From contig OX597818.1 of the NCBI GenBank assembly GCA_951406725.2, forward strand, positions 86,986,001 through 87,050,000: a stretch of 64,000 nucleotides of DNA. Direction: 5' to 3'. Position 1 is the first letter of the stretch. Every line of letters starts with the position of its first letter. The notes under the pieces were generated by a model. It was not told where the DNA came from and searched no databases. It saw nothing but the letters and a program-made list of their open reading frames with translations. Source of the DNA: Octopus vulgaris (lineage: Eukaryota). Position numbers and translations under genes: made by a program. Shown here one piece after another: positions 1 through 13,549 of this stretch.

Positions 1-230
1 AAGTAATTTGTCTGGCATGTTATATTGAATTGAATATGAAAGGTAAACAAATAATCATAAATAATCAGTAAAAGTCATCAGCAATCAATAGTAATGGTAC
101 TGATCATAAAATGCAGTTGATTTATTTCACTTATTATTATCATTATTATTATTATTATACCGAAGCATTTCATGTTGGAGATAAGAAACAAAAAACAACT
201 TACTAAATCAACTTTGTATACAATATGCAT

Positions 231-261
<31 letters not shown>

Positions 262-444
262 TAAACACAACGCACATAGGTACACAAACTCACACGACGA
301 CTATTAGGGTTGCCACTCGTCTCTGTTTTCTACCATATGTAGGAAGGTTACGGTGTTGTGATATATCCAGTCCTTGATGTTATCAGGCCAAGATTTTCTA
401 TCTGCTTCTCTTTCACCCTTCCTCACTCTGTCCTCAAGGATATG

Positions 445-724
445 TTTGTTTGTTCCTTCTCGAGCCATGCCTGGCTCATAAGGGCCAGTATCCCCGTTTC
501 TATGGCGTATATGTTCCCCACCTGGATGGGACACCGGTCCGTCACATGTGAGCCGCTAGATGCAGGAGGAAAGAGTGAGAGAAAGTTGTGGCAAAAGAGT
601 TAGCAGAAGTTCGCCATTACATTCTGCCGGAACCATAAACACACACGTCGCCCAGTCTGAGAATCGAACCCGCGATCCCTCGACCGCGAGTCCACTGCTC
701 TAACCACTTGGTCATGTGTCTCCA
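445..724 (-). mobile_element. tRNA-derived SINE (family D, with a V-domain-like 3' part)
   Basis: Minus strand head with A box (TGACCAAGTGG) and B box (GGTTCGATTC), followed later by GGACCGGTGTCCCATCCAGG. The head is shared with the copies at 14497 and 23600. Confidence 0.7.
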
Positions 725-1060
725 CTGTCCTCAAGGATGGTTTTTGACAGGGAGTAGTGGCAGGATATGTGATCATATACCAGGCAAGCTTTCATACTTT
801 TACCTGCACACCTGTCTATCTGCATATTTGTTGACATGCCTGACAAAGCTATTCATTTGGTGTTCTGTGTACTGGATTCTTTGTTATATGTCAGCTGTTA
901 GAGGTCAACTTTGCTTTTCATCCTTGTAGGAGTCAATAAAGGAAAATACTGGTCAAGAACTTGGGGTTGATGTAATCGACTTGTACCCTGCCCCTGAAAA
1001 TTGCTGGCCTTGTGTCAAAATTTGAAATGATATTTATTTTGCATGTCTTTCTACTTTCAG

Positions 1061-1158
1061 AGTATCATATCTACATCATGCTGCACTTATGGGCAACACA
1101 GAGGTTTTAAACCTACTCCTGCAAACTGGAATTGATGTCACTCTTAAAGACAACAAAG
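1061..1158 (+). CDS. caskin: Caskin-like ankyrin-repeat protein, internal coding exon A (98 nt; VSYLHHAALMGNTEVLNLLLQTGIDVTLKDNKG)
   Basis: Acceptor tctttctactttcag, donor AAAG/gtaggt. The translation is an ankyrin repeat matching Caskin 'SALHHAALNGNTELISLLL...KDNKG' as recalled. Its phase-1 end fits exon B. Absent from the ORF track. Confidence 0.93.
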
Positions 1159-3427
1159 GTAGGTGGCTGTTACTTGTTTTCAACAGTGATGGTCATGGGA
1201 TCAACAATTATATTCTTGTTTATCACATGCCAGCATGGAAAAATGGACATTAAATGATGATGATGATGATGATGATGATGGTGGTGGCAGCAGCAATAAT
1301 CTTTTACTTGTTTCAGTTATTGGACTGTGGCCATGCTGGGATACTTCCTTGAAGGATTTAGTCAAACAAATCAACTCAGTATTTATATTTTAAGTCTGGC
1401 ACTTATTCTATCATTCACTTTTGCTGAACTGCTAAGTTACAGGAATGTAGGCACAGATGTCGTTATGTGGTAAGAAGCTTGCTTCCCAACCACATAGTTC
1501 TGGGTTCAGTCCCAGTGTGTGGCAGTTTTGGGAAAGTGTCTTCTACTACACCCTCAGACCAACCAAAGCCTTGTGAGTGGATTTGATTGAAGGAAACTGA
1601 AAAAAGCCTGTTGTGTACGTGTGTGTGTTTGTTTTTGTATCCCTCCACTGCTTGGCAACCAGTGTTGGTGTGTTTACATCCTTGTAACTTAGCAGTTCAG
1701 CAAAAGATACCAATTGAATAAGTGTCAGGCTTAAAAATGAAAATAAGTACTGGGGTTGATTCTTTCGACTAAAATTCTTCAAGACTGTGCCCCAGCATGG
1801 TCGCAATCTAATGTCTGTTTTTAGTATGTCAAGTGACCACATAGAGTTTTTATAATATATTTGGGAACAATATAGTGGTTGGTATAAGGAACTACCCCCT
1901 GCAAACAGAAAAAGAACATGCTTTTTGTTGGGATTCTTAATAAACAATATCAAAATGTGATTAGAAAGAGACTTGACTGCTATTTCTAGCATGACGAATG
2001 CCCACACAGAGTCTATCTGTTTATGAATGGTTGGTATATGGAACTTCTAAGAAAGTTTTATCTGTAAATAAATGACAACCAAAATATAATTGGAAGGAGA
2101 TTTGATTGCTATTTCTTGCATGTTGAGCCTTTACAATTTGTTTCAATATGGTATAGTGTTTAATACAATTAACTGCTAAAAAAAAAAAACAACGACATCA
2201 AACATTCTCAGTTGTGTCTTAAATAACCAAAATGCAATTCGAAAGAGATTTGACTGCCATTTCTAGCATAAAGAAAAACCACACATAACCTTTATTTGTT
2301 TGTGATTGGTTGGTATAAAGGACTGTTAAAATAAAAATAAACTCAAAAAAAGCCACACTTTGTTATGTCTGTTAATAAATAATACCAAAACAGTCTTTGA
2401 AATGTCTCTTGATATATAAAACCAAAATCTGTCTAACAGAAGTCAGTAGAAGAACCAAAAAAAGCATTTATTATTTTTTTATATATATTTTTATGTTTTG
2501 TTTGTAAAGTAAAGAAACAGAATTCCTGGTTTTAAACTGAAGTTGACATTTAATTTCATCATTTGGCATTGACTGTTTTGTCAAGTGAAATTAATTGGTA
2601 AATGAGTTCTTCAGCTTTTTCTTATTTTAATTTCCGCCAAATAATAAAATTCTCTTGCCACTATTTTCCTCTTATAAATATTTCACAAGTTTAAGGCAAC
2701 AAGTTTGGTCAAGTTGTTAGAAAATGAGTGCATTTTGTACCAAAAAGCTAATATGAGAGTTTCTCTCGTGGTAGTAATGGCAGTATAGTTTGTTCCATTT
2801 AAGTGGTGGTGAATATTTTTAGATTGGCTATAGGCACAGGAGTGACTGTGTAGTAAGTAGCTTGCTTACCAACCACATTGTTCCCTGTTCAGTCCCACTA
2901 TGTGACACCTTGGGTAAGTGTCTTCTGCTATAGCCTCGGGCTGTCCAAAGCCTTGCAAGTGGATTTGGTAGACAGAAACTGAAAGAAGCCTGTCATATAT
3001 ATATATATATATATATATGCTTATGAGTTCCTTTGATTCCTATATTACTCTACTGGACCCTCATAGCCATTTGATGTTTTAAAAGATCCCAATCTTAGGT
3101 AAGGGTCTTCTGCTATAGAAGACATTTGACTAAAGCCTTGTGAGTGGATTTGGTAGATGGAAACTGAAAGAAGCCTGTTGTGTGTGTGTGTGTATATATA
3201 TATATATGTGTGTGTGTGTATTTATATGTATAAGTGTGTATATATAGTTCAAATTTACAGTAAACAAAATATTAAGACAGGTGAGGGAAGAACATGCAGG
3301 TGTATTAGTTTAATGTTCAGGAAGAATGGAAAAGTCTTTTGATGTTTTGAGCCTATGCTCTTTGACAGAAAGGATTGAGAGAGAAAAAGAATGTGTAGAG
3401 ATTAAAAGTTCAATATGATGAAATATT

Positions 3428-3467
<40 letters not shown>

Positions 3468-3587
3468 TATAGCAAGAACTAAGACATTTGAAATTAACTC
3501 CAATGTAATCGGTGAAACTAAACATGTGTCTGTTTTTATACGGAAAGCTGGTGATTAGTTTTACAAATTACATTACCTGTGGAACAA

Positions 3588-3663
3588 TCACACTGACGAA
3601 TGTAAGGACAATTGGATTATATAAGTGATTCATTTTTTAATTGATGAAACCGCCGGTCTGTGA
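3588..3663 (+). ncRNA. Type-I hammerhead motif with a long, irregular stem II
   Basis: UCACA-CUGACGA-(46 nt containing CAAUU/AAUUG)-GAA-ACC(gcc)GGU-C^UGUGA. Confidence 0.6.
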
Positions 3664-3847
3664 GTAATTCTGGTTTTTTATATAATTTTCATATGTCTTG
3701 CCCGCATATGGTTCTGGTGTCGCTGAATTTTCCTCTAGAGAACATTCTTTTCTTTGTAGTTTGATCGTAGGTGATCTACTTCTAGCCAACGGCTGACCAC
3801 CTAGTGGTTCTGCCCTTTAAATACACACACCCACACACATACACACA

Positions 3848-4063
3848 CGAGGAAGTGCTGAAAAGTTCCTGGCTTTAAAGGTATTGTGAAAGGCCTGGTT
3901 GGAGGCTCAACTTTCTGAATTCTTTTACAAGGCTTAGAAAAACTGAAGGACTGCTTCAATAAATGTGTGAATCTGAGAAGGGAATACGTTGAATAAAATT
4001 ATAATTAACTGATCTTCCCATATTTTCTTTTACCCAAATCCAAGAACTTTTTAGCAACCCTTG
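3848..4063 (+). mobile_element. Mariner-derived MITE
   Basis: Imperfect TIRs CGAGGAAGTGCTGAAAAGTTCCTGG / CCAAGAACTTTTTAGCAACCCTTG followed by TA. Internal KCVNLRREYVE* resembles a mariner C-terminus. Confidence 0.75.
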
Positions 4064-5052
4064 TATATATGTGTGTGTCTTTACATCTGTGTTTGTGCCA
4101 CCTCCCCACTGACAACTCATGTTGGTGTGTTTATATTCCTGCAATTTAGCGGTTCAGCAAAAGAGATCGATAGAATAGAATAAGTACCAAGCTTTAAAAA
4201 AAATATTAAAAAGACAATGTGGCTGATACATTCAGCTAAAAATCTTCAAGGTGCTTCCTCAGCATAGCTGCAGTCTAATGATTGATACAAGTTAAAAACG
4301 AATAAGAAAAACATTAAAAATATTTTGCGTAATGTCGAAGTATAACTGATTTATTGCAGATAATTTTTAATAACTAAATCTAATATGGACCCCAGTTGAA
4401 AACCGCTGCTCTACATTATTATTTGTCAATTAACGAGGCTGGAGAATTTCCCTAGTAAATTACTGCCAAAGGATGTTTGAGCTTTACATTAACCCTTTTG
4501 ATACCAACCAACCAATCCACCCCAAGACCACTCTTGGTTCTGTGATAAACTAACTTCTTGTTTTACTGTGATCTAAAACCCTTCCCATCAAAATTTCATG
4601 TTAATTTATGTTTGAAACACCAGCCTAACCCTTAGATAGCACATGTCAGTTGATGTTTCCTTAGAAAACAGTGGACATCATCAATTAATGTTTCAAAAAT
4701 TTTACATGGATGTAGTCCTCATCAAAAGAAAGTGAATATTTTATGGCACTTTTTGATAATGAAGCTATAAATTTTATTGTGCAAGAGACTAACAATTATT
4801 ATAGATTTTCTACTTAATATGAAAATATGTATATAAAATTTCCCTTAAGGAACAGGGATATTTTTTTGTGTTTTGCCTGTTTGGCACTCATTCATGCAAC
4901 CCTTCCCTGCCGTTTAAACTTTAATAATGACAAGGTTATTTTACTACATTATTTTCACCAAATCAACAGAAACTAAGAGTATTTCAACAGAAATATGGTA
5001 GTGAAAGGGTTAAGGTGATTTCATTTAAAACCTTCTTCTATACAAATTATAC

Positions 5053-5266
5053 TCTTTTACTTGTTTCAGTCATTTGGCTGCGGCCATGCTGGAGCACTGC
5101 CTTTAGTCGAACAAATCAACCCCAGGCCTTATTCTTTGTAAGCCTAGTACTTATTCTATTGGTCTCTTTTGTTGAACCGCTAAGTTATGGGAACGTAAAC
5201 ACATCAGCATCGGTTGTCAAGCGATTTTGGGAGGACAAACAGATACACAAACATACACACACACAT

Positions 5267-5319
<53 letters not shown>

Positions 5320-5763
5320 TATACGATGGGCTTCTTTCAGTTTCTGTCTACCAAATCCTCTCACAAGGCTTTGGTCGGCGCGAGGCTATAGTAGAAGACA
5401 CTTGCCCAAGGTACCACGCAGTGTGACTGAACCCAAAACTGAGTGGCACTTTGGCCAAGGGACTTCTACTATAGCCTTGGGCTGACCAAAGCCTTGTGAG
5501 TGGATTTGGTAGATGGAAACTGAAAGAAGCCCATCGTATATATGTATATATATATATATATATGTATGTATGTGTTTGTTCCCCCCACATCGCTTGACAA
5601 CTGATGCTGGTGTGTTTACGTCCCTGTAATTTAGTGGTTTGGCAAAAGTGACCAATAGAATAAGTACTAGACTTACAAAAAATAAGTCCTGGGGTCGATT
5701 TGCTCAGCTAAAGGCGGTGCTCCAGCATGGCCGCAGTAGAATGACTGAAACAAGTAAAAGAGT
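5053..5763. mobile_element. Adjacent head-to-head inverted pair of family A SINEs
   Basis: Minus copy about 5053-5435 directly followed by plus copy about 5441-5763; the two are reverse complements over roughly 300 bp. Confidence 0.85.
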
Positions 5764-7009
5764 ATAATTTTTAAAATTCGGTTGGCCTGGGGCTATAGTA
5801 AAAAGTCACTCGGCCAAGTTGCTATGCTGTGGAATTGAACACAAAAACCATATTGTTGTAAAATGAACTTCTTAATCACACAGCCATCCATCCCCCACAC
5901 TCACACATATAAGGATGGCTGCTGTTGTTATTTCTGCGATGCCAGTTCTATTAAAACTGCACGACAAACACTCAGAGATTCTCTGTGTAAGACAGCGGGG
6001 AAGGAGTAGGTAAGTGACAGCCTGGTATGAACTGGATGACTCTGTTAACTTCCTGCATATCCATCTGCACCTAGTTGCACATTGCATGCATAGCAAGCTG
6101 TGCAGCCCCTAAGGAGATAGAGCTGGAGTGGGGGGAGGGTGTGGGATGGCAGGTGGGGGGGGGGAGTACAGAGATGTGGTGCATGGGGGTTAGTGCGAGA
6201 AAGGAATTCCTTTCTACATAATAGTGACAGCAACAGCAGCAGAAATTGACGGTTCCTTCCTCGTTGCATATTTCAAATACCAAAGTCTTTTGATTCCATC
6301 AAGAACTGCTGCACATTCCTGTTGCCAGGTGTGTCTCCTCTGTATCTCTGTGGGAAGTAGGTGTGGATTGTTGTTGTTGTTGTTTGTTGCTGTTTAACCC
6401 CAGGCTAGCTCTGATCAAATCAGACAGACCTATTGATTAAAGGCATTATGATACTGACTATCCCATTTTTTCTGCTTTTTTTTCTGTGCAGAGAACTCAA
6501 GATACCATAAACCAACATGTGTGTTTTTGATTTCTTTTTTTTTTTTTTAAGATGGTAGGTGTAAGATTAAGGAAGATTTGGCTGCTATTTCTAGCAGGGC
6601 ATGTGACTAACATAGTGGCTCCCCTTACAGTCTGGATGTATTAAAATATGAAATGGGAAAAGAACACTCCCTCCCACAAAAAATCAAAATATATAAAATC
6701 AATAAAATCCAAAGTAATTTCATGAATTCTTTTGTCAGTTAGGGGTCGGGAATGTGCAATTGCCAAATATTCAGTTCTGTCTAATAGCAGCAGTAGTAGT
6801 AGTAGTAGTAGTTGTAATTTCTTTCTACTATAGGCACAGGGCTTGGAATTTTAGGGGCGGGATCTAGTTGATTACATCAACCCCACTGCTCAACAAAAGG
6901 ATGAAAGGTAAAGTTAACCTCGGTGGAATTTGAACTCGGAACATAAAGACAGATGAAATACCTCTAAGCATTTTGTCTGGCATGCTAATGGTTCTGCCAG
7001 CTTGTGACC

Positions 7010-7048
<39 letters not shown>

Positions 7049-7190
7049 GTAATGATAATGGTAATAATAATAATAATGGTAATAATAATAATAATGGTAG
7101 TAATAATAATAATAATGACGGTAATAATAACAGTTAACCACAACAACAACAACAATAATTGTAATAATGATAAGAATCATAATAATAATT

Positions 7191-7480
7191 GATAGAGGTA
7201 ACTCGAATGTGGAGTCTGGGAACAGAGACAGTTCCTGTTATAGTTGGCGCAGTGTGTATGATAAAAAAATATTCAGACAAATGCATGGCAAAAACACCAG
7301 GACTTACAAGTACATGTGACATACAGAAAGTAGCTGTAGTAGGCACCACACACATCCTACCTAAAACACTTTCAATACAGTAAAAATAAGAGCACCACAA
7401 CAAACCACAGCACATACCCATGGCACACAGAGCTGCACTCGGTAGTGCAGTGAAAGTACGTGATTAAAATAAGACTACCT
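7191..7480 (+). mobile_element. R4/Dong-type (RLE) non-LTR retrotransposon 3' fragment
   Basis: IEVTRMWSLGTETVPVIVGA...IQKVAVVGTTHIL followed by a 3' UTR; (TAA)n on both sides, the known Dong target. Confidence 0.8.
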
Positions 7481-8669
7481 AATAATAATAATCCTTTTTA
7501 CTGGAGGCACAAGGCCTCGAATTTGTGGCGAGGGGTCTAGTTGATTACATCAATCCGTGTTTCACTGGTACTCAATTTATCAACCCCAAAAGGATGAACA
7601 GCAAAGTTGGCCTCGGTGGGATTTGAACTCAGAACGTAAAAACAGATGAAATATCGTTAAGCATTTTGCCTGGTGTCCTAATGATTTTTGCCAGCTTGTC
7701 ACCTTCATAATAATTATAATAGTCCTTTCTACTGTAGGAACAGGGTATTTTACTGGTACTTAGCATGAAAGGCAAAGTCGACCTCACAAGAATTTGAACT
7801 CAGAACATATAAAGACAAATGGAATGTCTGGTTTGCTAATGATTCTGCCAGTTGATCGCCTTCAGATGGAAAAAATGCTGCTAATCATTTTGGCCGGCAT
7901 GCTAACAATTCTGCCAGCTCATCACCATAATAATAATAATAATGATAATAATAATAATAATAATGATAATAATAATAATAATAATAATATTGATAACAAT
8001 GATAATGACTGTGATGCTATCTAACTTAGATGTAGGCTTCAGATTCAGGGGAGTAGAAGGAATCATTGACAAAATTGAGTTGAGCCCAGTACTTGACCCC
8101 TATTTCATTTCAGTGACCCACATGCACCGCAAAAGTCTGAAAGACAAATTCTGATCTTTGTGGAATTTCAACTTACAATGTCAATGCATCATTAAATGCT
8201 GTGTGTTATTTAATTTCATACTCTGTCAATTCTCCGTCCACCATCCTGCTTTGAAATTGCAGTAATAATGTATTCTTACACTTATGGATCATTACATTAC
8301 ATATAACAGTTCATTATAAGTCCTTGCATCACTTAATGATCTTTTATGGCCTATATAATTTGTTACATAGTCTAACATTCCATGTAATCCTTCTTTACAC
8401 ATTCTTACATATTATGCATTATTGTCTTGCACACAGTTTCTTATGTATTATTACATCACGTGTAATGATGTAAGGAACTATTTTATGTGATGTAAGAATA
8501 TGCATGTAATAATCATGGTGCAGGAATACTTGCACTTCCTATAACACTTTCCTGCATAATATTAAATCACATTTAACAATTCTTTACATATTCTTACATC
8601 CTATCATCATTCTATGCCTATTCTTAAATCACATAAAATAGTTCCCTGTTCTTACGTCTCATATAATAG

Positions 8670-8860
8670 TTTCTTACATTATGTATCATTCCATACATAT
8701 GTTCTTACATCATGTATCATTCCATACATATATGTTCTTACATCATGTATCATTCCATATATATATATGTTCTTACATCATGTATCATTCCATATATATA
8801 TGTTCTTACATAATGTATCATTCCATACGTTATATGTTTTTACATCATGTATCATATATA
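8670..8860. repeat. Minisatellite, ~29-35 bp unit (ATGTTCTTACATCATGTATCATTCCATA...), about 6 copies
   Basis: Directly visible tandem units; degenerate TCTTACAT words extend over about 8270-9520. Confidence 0.85.
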
Positions 8861-9744
8861 GAATGATTACTTGCTCATGTCATTATATCATGTGCAAGCA
8901 TGGATGTGTGGTAAGTAGCTTGCTTACGAACCACATGGTCCCGGGTTCAGTCCTACTGCGTGGCACCTTGGGCAAGTGTCTTCTACTATAGCCTTGGGCT
9001 GACCAAAGCCTTGTGAGTAGGTTTGGTAGATGGAAACTGAAAGAAGCCTGTCGTATATGTGTGTGTGTTTGTGTGTCTGTTTGTCCCCTCCTCCACCATC
9101 GCTTGACAACTGATGCTGGTGTGTTTACATCCCCGTAACTTAGTGGTTCGGCAAAAGAGACCGATAGGATAAGTACTAGGCTTACAAAGAATAAGTCCTG
9201 GGGTCGATTTGTTCGACTAAAGGCGGTGCTCCAGCATGGCCACAGTCAAATGACTGAAACAAATAAAAGAATAACAGGATTGTGCATTCTTACATCACAT
9301 GTAGATTCCTTACATGTCCTTACATTGCATATACAGGTCCCATTATTACCTGGGATGGACTCTATGCTGGTCCTTACACCACATGTAATGACTCCTAACA
9401 GGTCCTTACATTACATCTAATGATTCCTTAGATGTTTTTACATCTCCTGTAATAATTCCTTGCAGGTTCGACACTACATGTAATGACTCCTTACATATCC
9501 TTACATCTAATGTAACGATTCTCTGTGAACGTTAAAAAACAATAGCTTAATCTAATAATCTCTTGAGGTATGCGGCAGCAGGATGAGTGAATATTCATTG
9601 TCATCATCATCATCATCATCATTGCCACCATCACCACCACCATCATCATGTGTCTGTTTTCCATGTTGGCATGGGGTGGACAACATGCTTACATGATAAG
9701 TGTGCCTGTCTGAACTCTGATAGATACAGCATGCAATCACATAC

Positions 9745-9890
9745 ATATACACCTTTGCACACACACACACACATACACACACACACACACATGCACACAC
9801 ACACACACACACATACACACACACACATACACATATCTTACTACCAGATACATTCACATGCAATTTTGTACACACATGCACATATTCACA

Positions 9891-9934
<44 letters not shown>

Positions 9935-10534
9935 CCTGCCACCACCACCATTCATACAAATACACCCATCTCACCCTATCTCCCCACCCCTTGGTTCTTC
10001 TGCATTCTCTTCTCTTACACCCTCTTCCCCCCACACTCTAAAACTCCTAATAGGGACACTGTTTTATTGTTGTCACAGTTACACACACACACAATTATGT
10101 AAATATGCACACACACACACACACCTCTCAGTATGCATACAGAGCATGTTTCCACACACACACACACACACACACACTCATGCACCGAGCCCTCAGCATG
10201 CATACAAAGAATGCTTTCACACATACATTTCCACTTGCAGAAACACACACACACACACACCCACTCTCACACAGATACTCTCTCTCTCTCTCTCTCTCCC
10301 TATCACACACACACAGTCTCTCCCCCTCTCTCTATTTCATATATATTCTCTCTCTCCCTCATCTACACGTTTTCTCTCTTTCATGTACATGTCCTCTCTC
10401 TCATACATGTTCTCTCTCTCTCTCTCTCTCTCTCTCATACGTTTTCTTTTTTTCTTGTACACATTTTCTCTTTCTCTCCCTCTCTCTCTCTCTCATAAAC
10501 ATTCTTTCTCTCTTTCTATCACACACTCACACAG

Positions 10535-10578
<44 letters not shown>

Positions 10579-11075
10579 TACATATTATTTCCTTTCTCTT
10601 TCCCTCATGCTCAGCCCTCGGCCTTTATACCAAGAATGTTTTCATACACATGAAAATATGCACACATGCATTTTCACTTGCAGGCATGTACATGCACACA
10701 CTCTCAAACTTTGTTGGCCTTACAGATATAACCCCTCTCTCCCTCTCTTTCTTTTTTTCTCTCTCTCTTTCTCTCTCTATTATATACACAGTCTCTCTCT
10801 ATCTCTTTTTTCCCCTCACACATTCACTGCTCCTTTGTCTGACTGTCTCTCTGTCTCTCTCTCTCTCTCTGTCTCTCTCTCACTTGCACATTTTCTCTCC
10901 CTTTCAAGTACGTACACACACAATATTTGCTCTTCTCCCAACTTTTAACAAAAGAAAAAAAAAAAAAATTATAAAGAAATTGATCCCACAAAAGAATTTC
11001 AAGAATCTTTATTTTCGATTTCTCATTCCTTCTTCATGTATCATTGGAGTCCAGTTGTTTTCCTTCTTTCTCACC

Positions 11076-11115
<40 letters not shown>
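9745..11115. repeat. (CA)n/(CT)n low-complexity tract
   Basis: Alternating CA and CT microsatellites; source of the spurious 423-aa ORF. Confidence 0.9.
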
Positions 11116-11118
<3 letters not shown>

Positions 11119-11124
11119 GGTTAT

Positions 11125-12185
11125 TATGAAGAAGTCAGTGAGCTAGCAGAATTGTTAGCATGCCATCCAGCTTCACATTCTGAGTTCAAATTCTGCTGAG
11201 ATTGACTTTACCTCTTTATCCTTTCAAGGTTGATTAAAATAAGTCCCAGGCAAGCAGTGGGGTCAATGTAATCAACTTGCCCAATCCCCTCAAATTGCTG
11301 GCCTTGTGCAGAAATTTGAAATCATTATTGTTATTATTACGAAGGCGGCAAGCTGGTTGAAGTGTTAGCATGCTGGGCAAGACGCTTAGCACATTTCACC
11401 TGGCTTTATGATCTGAGTTCAAATTCTGCCGAGGTCGATTTTGTCTTTCATTCTTTTGGAGTCAAAATAAGTACCAGTTGAACATTGGGGTTGATGTAAT
11501 TCACTTACCCCTCCCCTGAAATCACTGGTCTTCTGCCAAAATTTGAAACCATTATTATTATTATTAACCCTTTGTGGGCCAGCGGGATGACTTTTATAGT
11601 CAATAGTTTACACATGCACATAGATAATTTTGAGTTAAAAATTTCCAGTCGTATGGATGTTATAGCATAACATATAGTCATTAGAGTCCATTTTTACCAT
11701 AATAATTATTATTATTATTATGGCAAGCTGGCAGAATCATTAGCATGCTGGATGAAATGCTTACCAGTATTTTGCATACCGCTACGTTCTGAGTTCAAAT
11801 TCTGCTGAGGTCGACTTTGCCTTTCTTCCTTTTGGGGCCCAATAAATTAAGTAACACTGGGGTCAATGTAATCAATTACCACCCCACTGCTGCCAAAAGA
11901 AAAAAAATTATCTTATTTCAGGATCTTGCACCTAGAGTAGAAATAAAAATAATTATTATTATTAAGGCAGCATGCTGACAGAATCATTAGCACTCGAGGC
12001 AAAATGCTTAGTGGCATTTCGTCTGTCCCTACGCTCTAAGTTCAAATTCTGCTGAGGTCGACATTGCCTTTTGTCTTATTGGGGTCAATAAATCGAGTAC
12101 CAGTCAAACACTGGAGTCAGTGTAACTGACTTTTCGATATTCGCCAGACTTTCAGGCCTTGTGCCTTTAGTAAAAAGGATTATTA
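11125..12185 (+). mobile_element. Head-to-tail cluster of family B SINEs separated by (ATT)n
   Basis: Repeated GGCGAGCTGGCAGAATCGTTAGCA...GAGTTCAAATTC...GCCTTTCATCCTTTCGGGGTCGATAAAATAAGTACC. The centre resembles the Meta/MESC SINE domain as recalled. Other copies: 6820-7005(-), 7490-7705(-), 29395-29615(-), 39630-39860(+), 51500-52190(+), 62168-62405(+). Confidence 0.85.
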
Positions 12186-12211
12186 TTATTGTTGTTGTTA
12201 TTATTATTATA

Positions 12212-12938
12212 CTGCCTGTTCAGGATAAACTCTACTGGCACAGAAGTGCCGTCAGATGGGCCTGCCTGAGGTGCACCCAGGACAACAAAACCGTTCTGCA
12301 TGCACTCATCCAGTACCCGAGTATTGCTGAATTATGGGTTTATGTCAAACAGCTACTGACGGATCTGGCTATCAGCTGAATCCATAGTGAGAATTGCCCT
12401 GCCGACCTCCTTTAACTGGGAGGGCAAGGCAGTTTTCCTTTGCCTAGTGGCTGTAGCGAAAGAGGTGATATGGTGGACCCGTTTGAAAGGGCTAAGGTCA
12501 GACACTTTCCTCTTTGGCTGAGGCCTCATCAACTTTTTCAAGTTTCACTTGAAAAGGAAGATGAGAGTAGAGAGGGAAGTGCTGTCTGATAGCAAGTTTA
12601 TTGAAAGGTGGGTGAATGTCGCAAGAATGGCCAGTACGAATGGACCAATTCTGAGAATACACCTGTGAAAAATTAAAAGGAAATATAAAAGGAGAAAGGG
12701 GCTCTCTACCCCCCTTTTGACCAGGCTCCCGTGGCTTTTATGGGTTTTTCCACGAGTAACCTTTCGAAGTGCCTCCCCCTATTGGGAGTTTTAATAGTTA
12801 CTTATTTTCCGTTGTTATCCTGCTTTTGTACACGGACTTTTTCAAACAGACAAAACCCTTTGTAACTTTCGTCCTGTGTTTTGTCCCTTTATATTTTATT
12901 TGATTTTTGTTAGCCCTTGTGGCCAATAAACGAACGAA
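12212..12938 (+). mobile_element. 5'-truncated L1/Tx1-clade LINE 3' end (zinc-knuckle remnant and 3' UTR)
   Basis: LPVQDKLYWH...CLRCTQDNKTVLHALIQYP..ELW fits the L1/Tx1 ORF2 C-terminal CxxC-x8-H-x4-C motif with the last C degraded. Ends with AATAAA and is flanked by (ATT)n. Confidence 0.75.
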
Positions 12939-13549
12939 TTATTATTATTATTATCATCATCATCATCATCATTATTATTATTATTATTATTGAGTGAGTG
13001 AGCAGTGCATGCCATCAAAGTGACACTGGGGTAAAATATACGAAGCACAGTATACCCATCATGACTACCCGTCTGATAAGGGTACACTAGGCACATGCAT
13101 CACAACCATATGTGTGCGACATGGCGATCTCATATCAAGATAAACAGCACATGACCTTGCAGGTGGGGCCAACCTTTTCAAAAAGGTTGCAAGACACAAT
13201 GAAAATTTTAGGAAAAGAAAAATAAGAAATAAGTGGAAATTTTACCGGTGAGTGTGTTAAATTATAAGGCCCAAAAAGAAAATGACTCTCCCTAGACACA
13301 ATAGAATATTATTATTGTATTAGTTTACTTCTCAGACCTTTTCATTTTACATGTTCCAATTCTGTGTGAGGGGACAGAAACCTGTTGTCAAAGGTTACAC
13401 AGGGTGTCTTTCCACCATGCTTAACACCCAAGTACCAATCTCAAAATCCTTGTTGTCCCCAACAGAGCAGTTATTATTTTAACAAGTGGAATGGTGAAAT
13501 GGGATAACATTTACCACATGTTCTTAATGTCATCACTGCTGATGTTAGC

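Noticed and set aside
5915-6009. ATG-initiated mini-ORF ending at a perfect AG/GTAAGT donor (possible alternative first exon)
   Set aside because: It ends in phase 2 while exon B needs phase 1, so splicing would be out of frame; the peptide has no recognisable similarity.
6125-6165. G-run cluster (possible G-quadruplex)
   Set aside because: Low-complexity G runs are common in this window and nothing supports a function.
8670-8860. CRISPR-like array of ~30-bp repeats
   Set aside because: No unique spacers, no cas genes, eukaryotic intron context; it is a minisatellite.
9858-11129. 423-aa ORF and overlapping ORFs
   Set aside because: CA/CT microsatellites lack stop codons; the product is HT/LS dipeptide repeats.
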